Shown here one piece after another: positions 9,737 to 19,999 of a DNA stretch of 64,000 nucleotides (its first letter is position 1; the number at the start of each line of letters is the position of its first letter). The translations under genes and the position numbers were made by a program. The notes beneath the pieces are model-generated. The model searched no databases and had not been told where the DNA came from. It saw only the letters and a list, made by a program, of their open reading frames with translations. The stretch spans positions 1-64,000 of IMG/VR virus record IMGVR_UViG_3300036795_000143; one strand, 5' to 3'. Source of the DNA: a virus.

Positions 9737-9905
9737 AGCTCGCCAGCGGGCATTTTCGTTGCCTGAAATGTGAGTCACGACTGAACCTGCGGGGACGTCA
9801 TGCGCAGGCGGTAGCGGACAGCGGCATATGCCCGATCTGCCAATGGAAAGGCGCGGTCACCCTGACCAGTTACAAGGTCGCTGTGGAGATCAGGGCCGGT
9901 CGGCG

Positions 9906-10292
9906 ATGAAGCTGTACCGGCCTGTGCGGGCCGACTACGACAAACCGCACCAGTGCCCGTGCTGCCCGAAGACGGGACACCGGGTCTTCGGGCTCTTCCG
10001 CACCGGCATCTACTCCTGCGCTGAATGCGCATACGTGTGGTGGCGCGGGCCTGGTCTGCGGGGGCCCGGTTTGCGCGGCAGACGCGTCACGTGCATTCAC
10101 CACCGCCTCATCGTGGATTTACTATTCCTCGCCTCAGCCGCCAGGGAAGAAGACGCTTATGAGATCTCTGAATGGTTGACGGATCGCATGCTCGCCGAGG
10201 AGCAAGCCGCCAAGTCGAGGACATCGAACAGGCCACCGCACGGCGGTTACTCCTGGAAGGAAATCACTAATGTCATTAGGGGATCGCAATAA
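9906..10292 (+). CDS. Hypothetical protein
   Basis: CPCC...C..C; operon context. Confidence 0.5.
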   Translation: MKLYRPVRADYDKPHQCPCCPKTGHRVFGLFRTGIYSCAECAYVWWRGPGLRGPGLRGRRVTCIHHRLIVDLLFLASAAREEDAYEISEWLTDRMLAEEQAAKSRTSNRPPHGGYSWKEITNVIRGSQ

Positions 10293-10743
10293 CGTCGAAG
10301 GCCGCCCTGGTTGGCGATTCGGTCTGGGAGTCACCCATGACGACGGGAAAGTGGACTACACGCTTCACCACAACCATTCCGTCATGTCACCGAGGAGAGT
10401 CAAATTCACGTGGGATGCGCAGTCCGGTCAAACGAGACTGGAGGCCGCACACGCAGCTATCGATAAGGCGACCATTATCGAGGTCGAACGATCGGCAGCC
10501 ACGCTCGCCAAACTGCGGGCAGCGTTGAAACCGCACATTCCTGTTGGTGCGCAAGTCACGCTCACTGATGCCGATGACGACTACCCGGTACCTCGCGGTG
10601 TCGTAGTGGAACCAACCGAGATCGATCTTGCCACCGGCAGGGAACGCCACGGCACAGACATAGAGGTCTGCGTACTCGTCGAGTGGCCCACCCAACGTAA
10701 CTGGGAATACCCGGAAGATCTGAAGGAGCTAAATCATGGGTGA
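10270..10743 (+). CDS. Hypothetical protein
   Basis: AAGGA RBS, overlapping operon. Confidence 0.55.
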   Translation: MSLGDRNNVEGRPGWRFGLGVTHDDGKVDYTLHHNHSVMSPRRVKFTWDAQSGQTRLEAAHAAIDKATIIEVERSAATLAKLRAALKPHIPVGAQVTLTDADDDYPVPRGVVVEPTEIDLATGRERHGTDIEVCVLVEWPTQRNWEYPEDLKELNHG

Positions 10744-11347
10744 CAAACCGCGCCTACCGTTCGGCTACAACCAGGGACTACCAGAGTATGTCGAAGCGGC
10801 CTGGGGATGCCGCGCGATCGTCACCCAGGACGGTGACGTGGACGTGGTGCACGACCGCACCAGCACCTACGGCTCGGACGACGCGTTCAGGCGCCTGGCG
10901 GCGCACCTGGACACCATGGGGCGCGACGAGCGGTGGAAGGCACGGGCCAGCGCGCTGCTGACCTCCCGGGAAATGGACACCAGAGTCGCCGGTGAACACG
11001 TACTCGTCGATGACGGGACCGTGATCATCAAGGGGAACACCAACGGTTCCGGCGGGTACCTCTACGTCTGCGCGTACACGGCATACCAGCGGATACCCGA
11101 GCCTGAGATCCCCGAGGCGCTGCGACCGTTCCTGGCGCATTACCTGCGGTGGCTAGGGAACGACGACGGAACACACGGCGGAATGCACTGCCGCTGGGAC
11201 CGTAACGATCTCGCTGAGCGAGCCGACCGGATCCATCCGGGGCCCGTCGACTACCCCGTGCCGCCAAGCGCGGATGAAATGGACGGTCGGTGTGGGCATG
11301 GATTCCCTCTAGGTTTCCATTGCGAGGCAGCACAGGTACCTGAGTAG
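10736..11347 (+). CDS. Hypothetical protein
   Basis: AAGGAG RBS; AWGCRAI...S.GYLYVCAY. Confidence 0.6.
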   Translation: MGDKPRLPFGYNQGLPEYVEAAWGCRAIVTQDGDVDVVHDRTSTYGSDDAFRRLAAHLDTMGRDERWKARASALLTSREMDTRVAGEHVLVDDGTVIIKGNTNGSGGYLYVCAYTAYQRIPEPEIPEALRPFLAHYLRWLGNDDGTHGGMHCRWDRNDLAERADRIHPGPVDYPVPPSADEMDGRCGHGFPLGFHCEAAQVPE

Positions 11348-11418
11348 CGGGAGCGGGATTCGAACCCGCGACCTTTGGGTTATGAGCCCAACGAGCTTCC
11401 GGACTGCTCCACCCCGCC
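11345..11418 (-). tRNA. tRNA-fMet (CAT), initiator type
   Basis: GGCGGGGTGGAGCAG...TTGGG-CT-CAT-AA-CCCAA...GGTTCGAATCC; three G-C pairs in the anticodon stem. Confidence 0.92.
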
Positions 11419-11456
11419 GGGCGACCCTAGCAGACCACCGACACGAAGGGCGAGAC

Positions 11457-11933
11457 GTGACTGTTCCTCAGACTCAACGCCGGTACAACTACCACAACAA
11501 AGACAACGGAATTTGGTGCCGCTGGTCGCAGTGTTCAGCTGCGACTAAAGCACCAGACGATGCCCGGTGCCCAGCAGGATGCCAAGCGTCCAGCATCGAA
11601 TATGCCCAAGAACCTGGGGAACCCAGGGAACACATCGAAGTCGTCGAATTAACTGATGCGGAGTGGATGGACCTCATCGACGGTGAGCGACCGCACGGTC
11701 TGCATAAGTGTTGCCCGAACATCTCAGCGTTGCGGGACCGGATCATTGCGCTGGCTCGCGATGGCGGTGTGCCTCACGTGTTCACCATTGGAGAGCTTCG
11801 ACGAGCGTTGGGATGGGTCATGGACAGCCACGACATCAGCGGGATCCCCGCGCTACACAAGCTGTTCGACCAATTGGGTATAGAGCACCAACCACCGCAC
11901 GAGCCGACACCACACCCGGAATCACTGATTTAG
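11457..11933 (+). CDS. Hypothetical protein
   Basis: ORF ends just before a terminator; WCRWS..CPAGC. Confidence 0.5.
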   Translation: MTVPQTQRRYNYHNKDNGIWCRWSQCSAATKAPDDARCPAGCQASSIEYAQEPGEPREHIEVVELTDAEWMDLIDGERPHGLHKCCPNISALRDRIIALARDGGVPHVFTIGELRRALGWVMDSHDISGIPALHKLFDQLGIEHQPPHEPTPHPESLI

Positions 11934-11939
11934 GGCACG

Positions 11940-11992
11940 AAAAAACGTCCCGTCCAACCCATTGCTGCTGGGTTGGACGGGACGTTTTTTTG
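11940..11992. terminator. Bidirectional intrinsic terminator
   Basis: AAAAAACGTCCCGTCCAACCC-loop-GGGTTGGACGGGACGTTTTTT. Confidence 0.9.
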
Positions 11993-12021
11993 GTGCTGGG
12001 TGCGCCCACCGCACCGCCTGC

Positions 12022-12408
12022 TCAGCCGCGCCGCTTCGCAGGTCTTGCCGAGCTTACTTCGTATCGTTGAGTGGGGATACCAGCGGCCTCCGCTAGGTCC
12101 GCTGTGTGGGTAGCGCCACGGGACTGATCGTGGATGAAAGCGAGGCACGTTTCGGCGCCGGCTTCGACCATTTCCGCGTTGCGTCTAAATCCAGCGGCTT
12201 TGCCGAAGATATCCCACGCCGCTGGATGACGTTCCACCGTGCCACCCCACGACTCCCAGATTTGTTCGCTGATCGCGTCACCGCCCTGGGGACAGGCACC
12301 GGACACGAGGATCGCGGTGCCGTCACCCCACTCCCTTTTCAGGGCCTCGTCGATGGTGGCCACGTGAGTCCAGGTGCGGGATGAGGTGATGAGGATCCGG
12401 CGGCCCAC
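12022..12408 (-). CDS. SLOG-superfamily protein (DUF2493/YspA-like)
   Basis: ILIT.SR.W, VSGAC..G.D, HPA.W...GK.AG..RN.EMV, SRG...T. Confidence 0.85.
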   Translation of the reverse strand: MGRRILITSSRTWTHVATIDEALKREWGDGTAILVSGACPQGGDAISEQIWESWGGTVERHPAAWDIFGKAAGFRRNAEMVEAGAETCLAFIHDQSRGATHTADLAEAAGIPTQRYEVSSARPAKRRG

Positions 12409-12410
12409 CT

Positions 12411-12566
12411 CTACGGCTTTTCCTTGAGGAGGTGAATGGCACTAGCGATGACCGTGACAGCGAAGAACGCGAGCGCGACGAACGCGAGCCACAGGAGCGC
12501 TTTGAACATGAACCCGATCACGGCCAGAACGATCCACAGGACCAGTAGGCCAGCGAGGAGCAGCAT
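12411..12566 (-). CDS. 51-aa two-TM membrane protein (possible lysis accessory)
   Basis: Manual translation MLLLAGLLVLWIVLAVIGFMFKALLWLAFVALAFFAVTVIASAIHLLKEKP; AAAGGA RBS. Confidence 0.6.
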   Translation of the reverse strand: MLLLAGLLVLWIVLAVIGFMFKALLWLAFVALAFFAVTVIASAIHLLKEKP

Positions 12567-12577
12567 CGCGGTTCCTT

Positions 12578-12964
12578 TCAGGTCCCGAGCGGACCGAACA
12601 CGGCACTACCACTAGTGCCAGTGGTCGTGGACGGCGGGAAGTTCGTCGTTGTCGTGATGACCGGCTGCACGGGCATTGGCATTTCCGGTACGAGTCGCCG
12701 ACCTTGGTTGTTCTGCGGGTCGGATACCGGGGTGACCAAAGGCCCAGCGGATTTCGCGACGTGGCGGGCCGCGAGGATCGTCCCGGACGCGGCGAGGGCA
12801 CCGGGAATGAGACCGAACAGGGCAGTGATCAGGTTGCTGGCGCTGATACTGATCAGCCCAGCGGAAACCAGGGTGGTAGCGATACCCATCCACACGCCCG
12901 CCGTCGTAGCGACATCGTTAGCGACTGCCTGCAACGGTTGAGGCCGGCTCGGTGGTGTAGTCAT
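12578..12964 (-). CDS. Putative holin
   Basis: Two TM segments, VTPV.DP motif, ATGA-coupled to the endolysin. Confidence 0.6.
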   Translation of the reverse strand: MTTPPSRPQPLQAVANDVATTAGVWMGIATTLVSAGLISISASNLITALFGLIPGALAASGTILAARHVAKSAGPLVTPVSDPQNNQGRRLVPEMPMPVQPVITTTTNFPPSTTTGTSGSAVFGPLGT

Positions 12965-13869
12965 CGGGACTGCAATTCCAGGCACCAGCCAACAGAACCG
13001 GCGCTATTGGTGTGCACCGTCATTTGGTCTGTGCCGTCCGGTAGTTCCATCCACCAGCGTTGGTCCTTGATTAGGGTGATGTCGTTCATCGGACCGATAC
13101 CGCCTTTCGGGCCTTGGATCCACACTTGCGCGGTCCCGTTTTCGGAACTGGCCAGTGAGAGCCATCCTTTAGCGACTAGCGCGGAAACACTCGGTCCGAT
13201 GGGCATCACGAGCTTAGTGGTTTGGGGTCCGGACGCGATGACACCTGAGGGCATGTCGGGTACTCCTAGCGGAGATGAGTAAGGGTGTTGACCGAAGTCG
13301 ATTTGACGGGCTTCGTTAACGTCGCATTGGACACCGCCTACGGTGGCGAATCCGATTCGCTGGTAAATGTGGGCTCGCGGTTCGATCTGTCCCCCGGACC
13401 ATGCGGCGGTTTGCCAAGCCCACTGCGCTGTGCCGTTATCCAAACAGCGCTGCACCGCGTAGTAGGAGCCGTACACACCGACCCTGCGGGCACCGATTAC
13501 TGATGCGGCGCCGGTGAGGTACGCGTCGATGGCGGCCTGGTCGACGGGCGCGGCATCCCAGTCGGCGCTGAAGTAGATAGGCCGGTCGCTGGGGACACCT
13601 AGGAATGTGGCTGTGGTGTCCGCTGATTCGGCGTCGGCGATCCCGGCGTCGTGGCCGGCTCTCATTCGGTCGGCGGTGGTTTCCCAGTTGACGACGACGG
13701 CGATACCGGCGGCTTGGAGGGCGGTGAATTCACCGGGGGTGAGTAGTTTCCCTGGGAGCCCTGGGCCGCCTGAGGTGAGATAGCGGCAGACGAAGCCGTA
13801 ACCGGCGTCGGTGATGGCTGTTGGGTGCGGGACACCGCCCGCGTAGTCGAGTCCCAATAAGGTCGCCAA
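12961..13869 (-). CDS. Endolysin, DUF1906/GH25-like glycoside hydrolase
   Basis: LDY, FVCRYL, PIYFS.D.D, GVYG, WQT.AWS, D.N. Confidence 0.85.
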   Translation of the reverse strand: MATLLGLDYAGGVPHPTAITDAGYGFVCRYLTSGGPGLPGKLLTPGEFTALQAAGIAVVVNWETTADRMRAGHDAGIADAESADTTATFLGVPSDRPIYFSADWDAAPVDQAAIDAYLTGAASVIGARRVGVYGSYYAVQRCLDNGTAQWAWQTAAWSGGQIEPRAHIYQRIGFATVGGVQCDVNEARQIDFGQHPYSSPLGVPDMPSGVIASGPQTTKLVMPIGPSVSALVAKGWLSLASSENGTAQVWIQGPKGGIGPMNDITLIKDQRWWMELPDGTDQMTVHTNSAGSVGWCLELQSR

Positions 13870-13949
13870 AGCGTCCCCCGTAAATAGGAGCGAGGCCAGT
13901 GCCCCCCCCCCGAACTGCTGGGGAGCACTGGCCTCGCGTTTGCGGTTAT

Positions 13950-14420
13950 TTATGCGGTGGGAGTAGAGGCGCCGGTGCCGTCACCGGCTCCAGTGCCATC
14001 ACCGGCGGCCGGGGTGCCGGTGCCGTCGGTGGTCCCAGTGCCATCACCGGCGGCCGGGGTACCGCTGCCGTCAGTGGGTGCCGGCGCGTTATCCACAGCT
14101 GCTACCGCAGCGAGGACCGCATCGTGCTCGGCATTGAGCTGACCGATCACATTGCGCACATCCGCGCCGGACAGGGAACCAGCGTCAGCCTTACTGGCCA
14201 AATCGTTTAGCGCGACGGTGATCGCGTCCTTGAGGCTCGCGACTGCGGTGTTGACGTCATCGATGGCTGCCATTTGGGCTCCTTGATTGTTGAGGATCTG
14301 TTCGGATAGATCAGTGAGGTAAGCAGCCCAGTAAGGGGCACCCCACCAGGATGGTTTTCTGTGGCTAGCCGAGTTTTCGATCAGGCGCCCCTTTCTCGGC
14401 TGTGTTGACTCGGGCGGCAT
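13950..14420 (-). CDS. Hypothetical protein with DG(T/S)G-rich repeat tail
   Basis: Coiled-coil N-terminal part; repeated GTPAAGDGTG. Confidence 0.55.
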   Translation of the reverse strand: MPPESTQPRKGRLIENSASHRKPSWWGAPYWAAYLTDLSEQILNNQGAQMAAIDDVNTAVASLKDAITVALNDLASKADAGSLSGADVRNVIGQLNAEHDAVLAAVAAVDNAPAPTDGSGTPAAGDGTGTTDGTGTPAAGDGTGAGDGTGASTPTA

Positions 14421-14706
14421 CTTGGTTCGTTCGCAATTCGGCGATCATCGCGTATGCGACGTTGAGTTGATTGGTGTAGTTGATGCGTTCAGTGGCGAGG
14501 TTGCTTTCCAACGTCGCCACCTTTTTGGTAAGGAACTCAACCTGGCCTTGCAAGGTGGTGGCCAGTTCCGTAGCGGAGGTGACCATCGCGGCATCGGTAT
14601 TGATTTTCAGCTGCCGCAGCGCGGGGCCTCTGGACAGTAGGTAGACGACCAGCGGGACAACCGCACCGCAGAACACCAGAACTAATGTCTGGAGATCGAT
14701 AGTCAT
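14365..14706 (-). CDS. N-terminal TM plus coiled-coil protein
   Basis: Hydrophobic N-terminus, heptad pattern; lysis-region position. Confidence 0.6.
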   Translation of the reverse strand: MTIDLQTLVLVFCGAVVPLVVYLLSRGPALRQLKINTDAAMVTSATELATTLQGQVEFLTKKVATLESNLATERINYTNQLNVAYAMIAELRTNQDAARVNTAEKGAPDRKLG

Positions 14707-15158
14707 TCGACACTGACACCTACTATTCGCAGCTGCTGGTCTTTCCGTGTCGCTTGGACGAGGAAGTAGATGCGGCCCAGCAGTGTGAGGGTGATCCCGG
14801 TGTATCCGATACCCGAAACGAGCCCTTGAGAGTGGAGGCCGAGGATTACGCCCCCACCGTAAATCGCGGCGCCGAGCGCGGCGAACGCGAGCCCGAGAAC
14901 TTCCCGCGCGAAATTGTTTTTCAGGATACTGGAAATGATCAGGACCCCCCCGACGATCATAAACACCCCCATTAACCTGATGAGGGCACCACCGCCGAGG
15001 TTGTCGAACGCTTTGGACGCACCGTCACCGAGGACGAGGGAAACGATGCCTACACAAATGAGGGAGATAGGCAAGATGACGGGTGTTTGCGTTTTCTGCC
15101 ACGCCGAGTAAAGGCGCATAATCCAGCTTTTGAGCACGCGAGTTGACCCCCTTATCAT
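14703..15158 (-). CDS. Four-TM membrane protein
   Basis: Four hydrophobic helices. Confidence 0.65.
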   Translation of the reverse strand: MIRGSTRVLKSWIMRLYSAWQKTQTPVILPISLICVGIVSLVLGDGASKAFDNLGGGALIRLMGVFMIVGGVLIISSILKNNFAREVLGLAFAALGAAIYGGGVILGLHSQGLVSGIGYTGITLTLLGRIYFLVQATRKDQQLRIVGVSVE

Positions 15159-15679
15159 CCCCGGATCGCGAAGTAGGCGGCCACGAATGTGGCTACGACA
15201 CCGAATAGTGTGGCGATGTATCCCCAGCCGGCGGCGAGGCCAGTTCCTCTGCCTTCACTGCGAGTGACACGTTCCGCTAGTAGGTCAAGGCGTTCGGAGA
15301 GCCCTCTGTGTGCGGCGATCACCTCCGCTTTGGTGGCGATGTCTTGCAACCGCGTCGCGACCTCTTGGACGCGTTCGGTGTTCCGCCTGATGGAAGCTTC
15401 CGCCTCCATGCGGGTAATAAAATTCGCGGCCTGATCCGACAGGGCGGCACGGAACTCGTTTACCGAGTCGAATCGTTTCGATGCGGCTTCCTCCGCTTTG
15501 TTCGTGGCTTTATCCGCTGCGACTAGCGCCGCTTCGACGGCGGTGCGCTGCGCGGTCAGAGCAGCTTCGATCGCTTTGGTTTGCGCGTCGAACCGTTGCT
15601 GGTGCCGCAAATCCATTTCGACGAGCCGGCCAGTGAAATGCTCGAATAAGGTTTGGATCCGCCAGGGGCACCGGCTCAT
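15155..15679 (-). CDS. Coiled-coil protein with C-terminal TM
   Basis: A.KA..KAE.A...RF.S.NEFR..L.DQ; C-terminal TM. Confidence 0.65.
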   Translation of the reverse strand: MSRCPWRIQTLFEHFTGRLVEMDLRHQQRFDAQTKAIEAALTAQRTAVEAALVAADKATNKAEEAASKRFDSVNEFRAALSDQAANFITRMEAEASIRRNTERVQEVATRLQDIATKAEVIAAHRGLSERLDLLAERVTRSEGRGTGLAAGWGYIATLFGVVATFVAAYFAIRG

Positions 15680-16215
15680 CGTTGCGCGATCCGGTCGTAC
15701 AGGTCAGCGGGACTAACGAGGTTAATATCGACACCGGGGTCGATGACGATTCCGGCTTGGGCGTAGCAATCAGCGACCAGCGCGGAACACACCCGCCACT
15801 GATCCTGCTTGAAAGTGGCGTCGAGTTGCGCACCCGAACGGATCTTGAGGATTTCCAGGGCGAACCCAACATAAGCGGGCCAGTCGTAATGCGTCCCGAC
15901 CAGAGCGTGAGCGCGGGCGATAATAGTCAACCGCTGGTCGGTGGTGAGTGTCTCCCGGGAGTTCCACACCGCGTCGGGGTGGCTATCCGCCTGGGAAACA
16001 CGCGCTATCGGTGGTGCCGCTTCCACAATGAGACCGTTGCCGATGTAAACGAAAGCGTGCCCAGCCCATGATGCGGTGGCGTGGCGGATCAGTTCACCAG
16101 CCAGGCCGCTGCCGTGACTGACGCCGTAGCTACCGGCGTAAATGATGTCACCGTTGCGGGCTTTATACGGGGTCAATTCCGGTAATGAAACTGCTTCGGG
16201 CACGGCGGTAGTCAC
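15676..16215 (-). CDS. Permuted papain-like NlpC/P60 (YiiX/YebB-like) protein
   Basis: GD.I...GHAFVY.G, G..YDW, CS.LV...Y...G, VSP.DL. Confidence 0.8.
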   Translation of the reverse strand: MTTAVPEAVSLPELTPYKARNGDIIYAGSYGVSHGSGLAGELIRHATASWAGHAFVYIGNGLIVEAAPPIARVSQADSHPDAVWNSRETLTTDQRLTIIARAHALVGTHYDWPAYVGFALEILKIRSGAQLDATFKQDQWRVCSALVADCYAQAGIVIDPGVDINLVSPADLYDRIAQR

Positions 16216-16229
16216 TGGGAACCTTTCGA

Positions 16230-18149
16230 TTACGTGATGTCGACGGTCGTTTTCGCGTCGCCGGTGAGTGACGCCGATCCGATCGTGTTGCGGGTTAGCG
16301 ACGCCGATCCCGTGGCCCCAACGGTGACCAGCGCCTGGCCTTGGGTGGCGACGGTGACTGTCACCACCGCTTCGGCTACACCGGTGATCACGACGAACCC
16401 GGCTTCGGGGAGCCAGCTCAGGACGTCGGCGTGGGTACCGGCCAGCGCCAGCACGCAGAGGCCGCCGGTACCTGTTCGCTTACTCGGTGAGGCCGCGCCG
16501 ACGATCAGGGCGACGTAGCCACTGCCGGTTAGTCGGGCGAGCCGGTGGCCGGTGCCGGTGCTGGACAGCCCGAGGGTGCACACGGCGCTGGCCGCCGCGT
16601 GTTTGCGCATCAGGCCGCTGGAGACCAGACCCACACACGCCGTACCGATGCCGCCCGCGAGCTTCGTGACGCTGCCCGCGCCGCTCAGTCCGAGGTAGAT
16701 AGCAGCGGCGGGGAGTGCTCTCTTTATTGCGGTTCCGGTGGCGGCCATGCCGAGGGCCTGGCGCCCGGTGGTGATGGCGAGCCGAATATCAACGCCGGTA
16801 CCGGTGAGCCCAACCGCGCAGCTGCCCGTGGTCCCGGTGACCTTGCGGCCGGTGCCGGTGGTGGTGAGCCCTGCCGGGCAGCTGCCCGCCGATCCGATCA
16901 CCTTGCGTGCGACCGCGCCCGACGTGAGCCCGACGTTGGCCGTGGCGTGCTGCCCGGTGATCACCTTCCCGGCGGTACTGGTCGCGGTGAAGCCAAGCTG
17001 GGCACTAGCGAGCTGGCCCGTGATGACTTTGCGCCCGGTGCTGGTCGCCGACAAACCCAGCGAGCAGGACCCCGTTACAACGGCGATCTTCGAGCTGCTC
17101 GCCGTGGCGGTGAGACCGATGAACGCGGCCGGTGCGGGAGTGGGTTCTTTTTCGACGGCGGCCAGGCCCAGCGCGGCGACACCGCCAGCGGGCGCGACTT
17201 TGCTCCCCGTGCCGGCGGTCGCCAACCCCAGCGCGGTGGTGCCGTCCTGGGGGGCGGCTTTGCTGCCGGTGCTGGTGCCGGCGAGTCCCGCCGTGCTCGT
17301 GCCTGCTTCGACTGCGACCTTGCGCGCGGTCGAAGTGCCGGCGATACCAACGGTCCCGACACCTGTGTGTGGTGCGGCCTTCCGTCCGGTGCCGGTGGCA
17401 GTGAGCCCGAGTGCGGTCCGGCCGGTGTCGGGTGCGGTTTTGCCTTGGGTGCCCGAGCTGGCCAGCCCGAGCGTCGTCGAGCCGCCCTGTGCGGCGGTGC
17501 GGTGTTGCGCACCGGTCGACGTGAGACCGATCGCGCTGGTGCCCTTATGCGCTGCGGTCCGGTGCTCGATACCGGTACCGGTGAGCCCAGCTGAACCGGT
17601 GCCGCGCTGCGGTGCTGCCTTGCGGCCCACGCCCGTGCTGGTGGCGCCCACGGCGCTCGTACCGGCCTGCGGGGTCAGCTTGTGCCCGATGCCTGTGCTA
17701 CTGAGGCCGGTGGCGCTGGTGCCCGCCTGGGCGGCCGTACGGTGCTGTACGCCCGTGCTGGTGGAACCGATCGCGCTGGTGCCGCGCTGTGCTGCGGTGC
17801 GGTGCTCAACGGACGTCGCGGTGACGCCCAGCGCGCTAGTACCGCCCTGCGGTGCCGTCTTCGGCCTGGTGCCGGTGCCCGCCAGCCCGAGTGCTCCGGT
17901 ACCGGCTTCCGAAGCGGACTTCTTATCGACGCCTACCGCCGCGAGTCCTGTTGCGCTGGCGCCCTGTTGCGGCGCTGCCTTGCGGGCAGTACCGGTGCTG
18001 GCAAGCCCCAGTGCGGTACTGCCCCCCTGGGCTGCGACCTTGCGTCCGGTACCAGTGGCCGTCAGGCCCACCGCACTGGTGCCACCTTCAGGGACGGCGG
18101 CTACAGCCGTGGGGGTGTAGAGAACGAAATGCCGAATAGTCAGCGACAC
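16230..18149 (-). CDS. Fibre-like virion protein built of 20-aa repeats
   Basis: About 28 repeats such as TAAQxGTSAxGLxSTGxxHR; 60-bp DNA periodicity. Confidence 0.7.
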   Translation of the reverse strand: MSLTIRHFVLYTPTAVAAVPEGGTSAVGLTATGTGRKVAAQGGSTALGLASTGTARKAAPQQGASATGLAAVGVDKKSASEAGTGALGLAGTGTRPKTAPQGGTSALGVTATSVEHRTAAQRGTSAIGSTSTGVQHRTAAQAGTSATGLSSTGIGHKLTPQAGTSAVGATSTGVGRKAAPQRGTGSAGLTGTGIEHRTAAHKGTSAIGLTSTGAQHRTAAQGGSTTLGLASSGTQGKTAPDTGRTALGLTATGTGRKAAPHTGVGTVGIAGTSTARKVAVEAGTSTAGLAGTSTGSKAAPQDGTTALGLATAGTGSKVAPAGGVAALGLAAVEKEPTPAPAAFIGLTATASSSKIAVVTGSCSLGLSATSTGRKVITGQLASAQLGFTATSTAGKVITGQHATANVGLTSGAVARKVIGSAGSCPAGLTTTGTGRKVTGTTGSCAVGLTGTGVDIRLAITTGRQALGMAATGTAIKRALPAAAIYLGLSGAGSVTKLAGGIGTACVGLVSSGLMRKHAAASAVCTLGLSSTGTGHRLARLTGSGYVALIVGAASPSKRTGTGGLCVLALAGTHADVLSWLPEAGFVVITGVAEAVVTVTVATQGQALVTVGATGSASLTRNTIGSASLTGDAKTTVDIT

Positions 18150-18153
18150 GGCA

Positions 18154-18495
18154 TTACGCCCCTGACGATAGAATCACCCAAGGAAACGCGCGACCAGTAC
18201 CAGCGGTTTGTTTCAACGTCGCTTTGAAATCACCCGTCGCCATGATCGGCACCGAGTCCACCAGTTTCTGATCGGGTGGGATGGGCCCGAACTCAGCGGG
18301 CCCGTGGATCAAGCGTTCCGTGTCGGTGGCATTGCGGGCTTTCGTGTAGACCCGCAGCTCCAGCAGGTCACTGACCGCGAGGTTCGCGATGTCCACCCGG
18401 AGCACATAAATCCCTGCGGTGACGACCGTGGCCAGTGTGTGCTCTGTCCCGATGACCGCTGTTTGGGAACCGCTCGTGTTTTCGGTGACGGCCAC
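18154..18495 (-). CDS. Small beta-rich virion protein
   Basis: GGAGG RBS, operon context. Confidence 0.6.
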   Translation of the reverse strand: MAVTENTSGSQTAVIGTEHTLATVVTAGIYVLRVDIANLAVSDLLELRVYTKARNATDTERLIHGPAEFGPIPPDQKLVDSVPIMATGDFKATLKQTAGTGRAFPWVILSSGA

Positions 18496-18504
18496 GGCAA
18501 CCTC

Positions 18505-19317
18505 CTAAGTGATGCCGTAGAGGACAAAATCAAACAACCTGGCTGGTGACGTAGCGATGCTGCATTGCGCACGAACAGCCAGCCGTGACCCACTCGGAAT
18601 GCTGACCGGGAACACCGGTGAGTAGCCGGGAGCTAAAGTGTTACCCGTTGATTGGACCAAGCGATAGTTCGGGATTAGTACAACCTCGGATCCGGAGGCT
18701 CCCACCCCAACGTCGACCACCCAGCTCGCGACGGTCGCTGAGGTGTTTCCCTGATTACCGCAGCAGAGAAGCAAGCCCCGGGTGACTGCCGTCGTAGACG
18801 CGGTGAGCTGCGCCCAAGCGCCTTTCGTGTTGGCGGTCGCGCCGGGGTCGATAGGCGTTCCCCTGGAGTTCGTAGTCACCGCGCCGTAAGCAGTAACCAA
18901 TGATCTAGCTGCCGGTAAATCAAACGCGCCGCCAATGATGTACGCGGTGCAGGTGCCCGCAACGGACGCCGAGCTAGCCTGAATACGAACGGATAACCGA
19001 GACGCCGCTGGAATGCTTATCGGAACGTAGATCGCCACAGGGAGATTCGTCACCGACGCTGGCGGGACGGCGTGCAAATTAGGTACCAGCACGACTTCGG
19101 AACCCGACGCGCCGATACCAACATCCATCAGGCTGGGCACCGATGCCGGATTGTAGATAACCAACAACGCGCTCGCGGTGAAGGATGTGGATGCGATCAA
19201 CTGAGCCCAGGCGCCTTTAACGTTAACCGTTGCCGAGGAGGTAACCGCCGTCCCGCTAGACCCGCTCACACCTGCGTCAACAACCCGGCAACTACCTTCG
19301 GGAGGCCAATCAGCCAT
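18505..19317 (-). CDS. Virion protein with a tandemly duplicated domain
   Basis: KGAWAQL.AST...DVG.GASGSEVVL.PN...P.SIP..SRL.VR.Q occurs twice. Confidence 0.7.
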   Translation of the reverse strand: MADWPPEGSCRVVDAGVSGSSGTAVTSSATVNVKGAWAQLIASTSFTASALLVIYNPASVPSLMDVGIGASGSEVVLVPNLHAVPPASVTNLPVAIYVPISIPAASRLSVRIQASSASVAGTCTAYIIGGAFDLPAARSLVTAYGAVTTNSRGTPIDPGATANTKGAWAQLTASTTAVTRGLLLCCGNQGNTSATVASWVVDVGVGASGSEVVLIPNYRLVQSTGNTLAPGYSPVFPVSIPSGSRLAVRAQCSIATSPARLFDFVLYGIT

Positions 19318-19991
19318 TACATGGTGGTGGCGTCGAGGATCAGCGCACCAGCAGCGACGGTGATCTGACCTTGGGAGGCGAATACTTCCGGCACAACGCG
19401 TTGCCAAAAGAACCCACCGGAAGCCAAAACGGTTAAGGTGATCGCTGCGCCACCGGAAGTCGCGGACAGCTGGAATGTGTTCGTGGCACTACCGACAATG
19501 AAGTAAATAGTGCCCTCGGTGATACCAGTCGACAGAGTCGTATTGAACTCGTTGTAAAGGATGACGCGGTCACCGTTGGACAGGCCGTGGGCGACGGAGA
19601 AGAAGTCCGCGTTGGCTAGGGTCGTGTCGACCGAGGCGAAACCCTTGAGTGGAGTGGTCCCACCGAAAGGAATGTAGCCAAGATACTGGGTGCCGCTGTT
19701 ACCGGTGAGAGCGTTCCACAAACCGAAATACGCGTAGGTGCCAGCGGCGACATCGAACGTGAAAGTGCTTGTATTGGTTTTCTGGCCAGAGGCAGCGGCG
19801 CTCCAAACAGCAGCTTTCCGAGCGTAGGCCGGTGAACCACCGGTCGCCTCGGTACCACCAGCGGTCAGGGTAGTGCCGGGGTCACCGCTGGACTGGTGGA
19901 TACCGACGAACCCGATCCCACTGGACGGCGCGGCGGGGGTCTCATCGAGAGCATCCAGTGCTTGGTTCCATGCTGTGGCGTTAAAGGGCAT
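19317..19991 (-). CDS. Fibre-associated virion protein
   Basis: H..DPG...E..GG..YAR....W.AA...FDV..GT...FGLW pattern, plus an HGL..GD.V insert. Confidence 0.65.
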   Translation of the reverse strand: MPFNATAWNQALDALDETPAAPSSGIGFVGIHQSSGDPGTTLTAGGTEATGGSPAYARKAAVWSAAASGQKTNTSTFTFDVAAGTYAYFGLWNALTGNSGTQYLGYIPFGGTTPLKGFASVDTTLANADFFSVAHGLSNGDRVILYNEFNTTLSTGITEGTIYFIVGSATNTFQLSATSGGAAITLTVLASGGFFWQRVVPEVFASQGQITVAAGALILDATTM

Positions 19992-19999
19992 TAGTGCTC

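Noticed and set aside
16738-18120. 460-aa plus-strand ORF and similar long antisense ORFs
   Set aside because: Shadow frames of GC-rich repetitive minus-strand genes
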